Of a DNA stretch of 64,000 bases, positions 60,663-64,000 are shown piece after piece. The notes under the pieces are model-generated. The model saw only the letters and a program-made list of their open reading frames with translations. It was not told the origin of the DNA and made no database searches. Source of the stretch: Tolypothrix carrinoi HA7290-LM1. GTDB lineage: Bacteria; Cyanobacteriota; Cyanobacteriia; Cyanobacteriales; Nostocaceae. The position numbers were made by a program, and so were the translations under genes. The DNA is taken from NCBI GenBank assembly GCA_019358935.1, contig JAHHIK010000028.1, positions 1-64,000 of the forward strand. The letters are read 5' to 3'. Numbering within the stretch: the stretch's first letter is position 1; each line of letters begins with the position of its first letter.

Positions 60663-62375
60663 TTAATAATGACTTCCCGATTTCCGATGATGCACGGCGG
60701 TTACACCATCTTGATTTAGCACTTTGCCGTTTTCCACAGTTGCATAAAGCAACCAGTGATCGCCGGCTTCCATACGAGTTTGCACTGAACACTCTAAATA
60801 AGCTAAAGCATCAGTAAGAAGGGGTGAGCCATTTTCTGCTTCTGACGCAGCGACATCAGCAAAGCGGTCTTGTCCTGGTTCAAAGGGTTTGAGGAAATGC
60901 TTCATTAAACCCAGGTGATTGCCTTCTTTGAGGATATTAAGGTTAAATTTGTTTCCGGAATGCGTCAGTGGTTCTACGGCGCGGTCTTTGGCAACGGCAA
61001 TTGTTAAACCTGGGGGATTAAAGCTTGCTTGAGATACCCAAGATGCTAACATTCCACTAGATACATCACCTTGCTTTGCTGTGAGAACGCACAGAGAACC
61101 GACAATTCGACCAACCGCTTGTTCAACGTTGGTCGCGGGTTGTCGCGGTGCCCGAACTTTTGTTGCTCTTTTTAGCGCTTGGGCAAAGTCGGTTCCAGCT
61201 TCTTCGCAGGTTTGTAAGGTAAGATCGTTGGGTTTGAATTTGACGCGGATGGTGTCAAATCCAAAGCGATAACCAGCGTCTTTTAATTTACCTTCGATTA
61301 AATCAACTGCTTCACCACTCCAACCAAAGGAACCAAAGACACCGGCGAGTTTGTTGTTAGTGGCAGTGGAGAGAACTATACCTAAAGCTGTTTGTACGGG
61401 GGTGGGTGCGTGTCCACCTAGGGTAGGGGAACCGATGACAAAGCCTGCTGATTTTTCTACAGCGGTACGAATTTCTTCGGGGTCAGCAAATTCGCAGTTA
61501 ATTGATTCTACACTGACACCGGCTTTGGTGATGCCGCGAGCGATCGCAGAAGCTAAAGTTGCCGTATTTCCATATGCGGAAGCATAAATCAACGCGACTG
61601 TTGTATCCGCAGATGTTTGTTGCTGACTCCATTGGCGATAAGCGTGTGTTAATTCAATTAAACCGTAACGCACTAAAGGTCCGTGTCCGGTAGCATACAA
61701 TCTCACGGGCAAGTCGGAAAGTTTATCCAGCGCTGTTTCCACTTGACGGGCATGGGGAGCCATGAGACAATCGAAATAATAGCGCCTGTCTTCGTTAAAC
61801 GATTCCCAGCCTTCATCAAAAACTTGATCGCCGCAGATATGCGCCCCAAATAGCTTATCTGAGTAGAGAATTTCCGTTTGCGGATCGTAGGTGCAAAGTT
61901 CGTCAGAGTAGCGCGGATTTGGTGTAGGAATAAATTCTAAGTGATGACCTTTGCCTAAATCGAGAGTTTCTTCGCCGCGTTTGACGAGAATTGGCAAATC
62001 TTGATTTTCCAGCGCCGCACGCAGATTTATCGCTCCTGGATTAGAACAAACAAAAGTTATCTGCGGTGCAAGTTCTAATAAAGCTTTGATAGTTGCAGCG
62101 CGATTGGGATTGACGTGACCAAGAATCACATAATCAATATCTTTGATATTAAACCGCTGTTGCAACGCTTGCAGATAAATTTCTGTAAACGTTTCTCCCG
62201 GAGGATCGATTAAAGCGGTTTTATCACCTTGAATCAAATAAGAATTGGCAGTTGTACCTTTGGCAAGTGCGTATTCAATTTCAAATCTTAACCTTGTCCA
62301 ACTGCGCGATCGCATTACTGTTGTATCTGTACCAATCGGGAGAACTTGAACGTCACGGGGTTTATTTGTTTGCAT
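60663..62375 (-). CDS. flv1: Flavodiiron protein, Flv1-type
   Basis: Start MQTNKPRDVQ; non-canonical metal site GHVNPNR; flavodoxin YASAYGNT; flavin-reductase C-terminus HHRKSGSHY. Confidence 0.88.
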   Translation of the reverse strand: MQTNKPRDVQVLPIGTDTTVMRSRSWTRLRFEIEYALAKGTTANSYLIQGDKTALIDPPGETFTEIYLQALQQRFNIKDIDYVILGHVNPNRAATIKALLELAPQITFVCSNPGAINLRAALENQDLPILVKRGEETLDLGKGHHLEFIPTPNPRYSDELCTYDPQTEILYSDKLFGAHICGDQVFDEGWESFNEDRRYYFDCLMAPHARQVETALDKLSDLPVRLYATGHGPLVRYGLIELTHAYRQWSQQQTSADTTVALIYASAYGNTATLASAIARGITKAGVSVESINCEFADPEEIRTAVEKSAGFVIGSPTLGGHAPTPVQTALGIVLSTATNNKLAGVFGSFGWSGEAVDLIEGKLKDAGYRFGFDTIRVKFKPNDLTLQTCEEAGTDFAQALKRATKVRAPRQPATNVEQAVGRIVGSLCVLTAKQGDVSSGMLASWVSQASFNPPGLTIAVAKDRAVEPLTHSGNKFNLNILKEGNHLGLMKHFLKPFEPGQDRFADVAASEAENGSPLLTDALAYLECSVQTRMEAGDHWLLYATVENGKVLNQDGVTAVHHRKSGSHY

Positions 62376-62384
62376 AGCTTTGTA

Positions 62385-62670
62385 GGGAATGGGGAATGGT
62401 GAGTCCAGCGCTGCGGGAGGGTTTCCCTCCGCAGGCGACTGGCGAACCCGAAGGGGGAATGGGGAATGGGGAATGGGGAATGGTGAGTCCAGCGCTGCGG
62501 GAGGGTTTCCCTCCGCAGGCGACTGGCGAACCCGAAGGGGGAGTGGGGAATGGGGAATGGGGAATGGGGAATCGGTAATTGCTACTCTCCTCCCTTGTCC
62601 CCCTTGTCCCCCTTGTCCCCCTTGTCCCCCTTGTCCCCCCACTCCCTACTCCCTACTCCCCACTCCCCCA
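62385..62670. repeat. Two tandem palindromic elements (84-bp period) within (GGGGAAT)n, followed by (TTGTCCCCC)n
   Basis: GGTGAGTCCAGCGCTGCGGGAGGGTTTCCCTCCGCAGGCGACTGGCGAACCCGAAGGG at 62398 and 62482. Confidence 0.9.
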
Positions 62671-62679
62671 CTTTCTTCT

Positions 62680-63999
62680 TTAATAATGGTTTCCAACTTT
62701 TCTATGATGTACTGCTGTCAAGGAGTCTGGCTTGCTGACGCGACCGGCATCAACGGTACAGTAAACTATCCAATGGTCGTTGACTTCCATCCGACTATTG
62801 ACTTCACACTCAATGTATGCTAATGCATCAGTTAAGATTGGGGAACCGTTTTCAGCGGGCTGAGTTTTGACTCCTTCAAAACGATCCGCACCTGGGGCAA
62901 ACCGTTTCAAAAAGTGCTTCATCAGCGGTTGATAATTGCCTTCTTCCAAAACGTTTAAAACGAAGCGATCGCCTACTTGCATGAGTGATTCTATCGCTCT
63001 ATCTTTGGCTACGGCAATGCTTAATCCCAATGGTTTGAAGCTGGCTTGACTTACCCAAGAGGCAAGCATGGCGCTTTTGACATCGCCTTTTTTTGCCGTA
63101 ATGATGTATAATCCTCCTGAGATTCTTCCTAATGCTTTGTCTAAATCAGCAGCGAGGGATTTCATCGCTTTGATGCTGCGATCGCGTGTTACCCATTGTC
63201 CTAAGTCTGTTCCTGCTTCTTCACACAGCTTGTAGGTATTTTCGTTGGGTGTTTCTTTAATCCGAATTCCTGGAAAGGCTACTGTTAAACTTAAATTGCG
63301 GAATTTGTTTAGTAGAGGATCGATCGGTTCGTCATTGCCACCACCTGATTCAAATATCCCTACAGCTTGTTTTTCTTTGGCAGATCCTAAAATAGTGCCG
63401 AGGGCTGGTTGTATATTAGCAGCATCAGCAGGAGGCATTCCTACCACAAGTCCGGTACAACGGCTGACAAGTTCCTGCAATTCTTGTAAGTCTGTTGCCG
63501 ATCGCAAGTCTACCATTTCCACCGCAACGCCGGTTTTGGTGATACCTGTGGCAATTGCTTGGGCAAGGCGATCGCTATATCCGTAACCGGAAACGTAAAA
63601 TACGGCAACGGTAGTTTCTGCTTTTGTCTGAGTTTTGCTCCAATTGCGATAACGCCCGGTTAATTCCTCAACGTTGTGGTATAATAGCGGTCCATGACCG
63701 GTGGCGATCGTCTTGATGTTTGGCAGTTCATCCATACGCTTGAGTGCAGAAAGTACTGACCGCGCATTTGGTCCCATCAAACAGTCGTAGTAATATTGAT
63801 AATCTGCTTCAATCGCTGCCAAATCATCATCAAAGGTGCTATCTGTGCAATAATGTAAGCCGAAAGCATCGCAAGTAAAGAGAATTTGGGTTTTGTGGTC
63901 GAAGCTGAACATGGTATCGGGCCAGTGTAAATTGGGTGCTATCACGAATTCAAGTTCGTGTTCGTTGCCCAAATCTAGGCGATCGCCATTTTTCACAAT
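62680..63999 (-). CDS. flv3: Flavodiiron protein, Flv3-type (5' end outside the window)
   Basis: PNLHWPDT, TCDAFG.H, TGHGP and C-terminal HHRKVGNHY. Confidence 0.9.
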   Translation of the reverse strand: MVKNGDRLDLGNEHELEFVIAPNLHWPDTMFSFDHKTQILFTCDAFGLHYCTDSTFDDDLAAIEADYQYYYDCLMGPNARSVLSALKRMDELPNIKTIATGHGPLLYHNVEELTGRYRNWSKTQTKAETTVAVFYVSGYGYSDRLAQAIATGITKTGVAVEMVDLRSATDLQELQELVSRCTGLVVGMPPADAANIQPALGTILGSAKEKQAVGIFESGGGNDEPIDPLLNKFRNLSLTVAFPGIRIKETPNENTYKLCEEAGTDLGQWVTRDRSIKAMKSLAADLDKALGRISGGLYIITAKKGDVKSAMLASWVSQASFKPLGLSIAVAKDRAIESLMQVGDRFVLNVLEEGNYQPLMKHFLKRFAPGADRFEGVKTQPAENGSPILTDALAYIECEVNSRMEVNDHWIVYCTVDAGRVSKPDSLTAVHHRKVGNHY

Positions 64000-64000
64000 C

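Noticed and set aside
62376..62642. 89-aa N-terminal extension of Flv1
   Set aside because: Made entirely of repeat sequence; the family-typical start is MQTNKPRDVQ at 62375

Overview
Chromosomal window from a filamentous, probably heterocystous cyanobacterium (Nostocales-like). The assignment rests on dense HIP1 GCGATCGC octamers, short tandem (STRR-type) 7-9-mer arrays, REP/SDR-like palindromes, psbX, calA and a complete hmp hormogonium-motility cluster. The housekeeping backbone is calA-CPBP, sdhB, two TolB-like genes, ycf66, psbX, yggT, accC, tRNA-Leu(GAG), chorismate lyase, DUF3352, ccsB, two KGK genes, tilS, hmpF/hmpA-E, prolyl oligopeptidase (POP), arfB, dps, pirin, DUF2993, an RND pump, a CpcS-family lyase, hdeD and flv1/flv3. 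Six accessory elements interrupt it. (1) A decaying iSTAND-MoxR-vWA ternary conflict operon (92-5006) with an exact 19 x 21-bp array in frame with vWA, encoding (QCDCHSI)n. (2) A relic mini-integron missed by the ORF track (39025-40414): collapsed intI, attI-like region, MOSC cassette, attC and a truncated racemase cassette, inside a hot spot where the 5' end of the POP gene occurs three times next to duplicated Uma2 genes. (3) An orphan M.PvuII-like methyltransferase. (4) A vapC toxin with a frameshifted antitoxin. (5) A complete C-protein-regulated BglI-like type II restriction-modification system. (6) A 345-bp protein-less IS200/IS605 derivative that keeps both ends, a promoter and the TnpB omegaRNA-type right-end region. 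All family calls are from motif recognition by eye; no database search was run.
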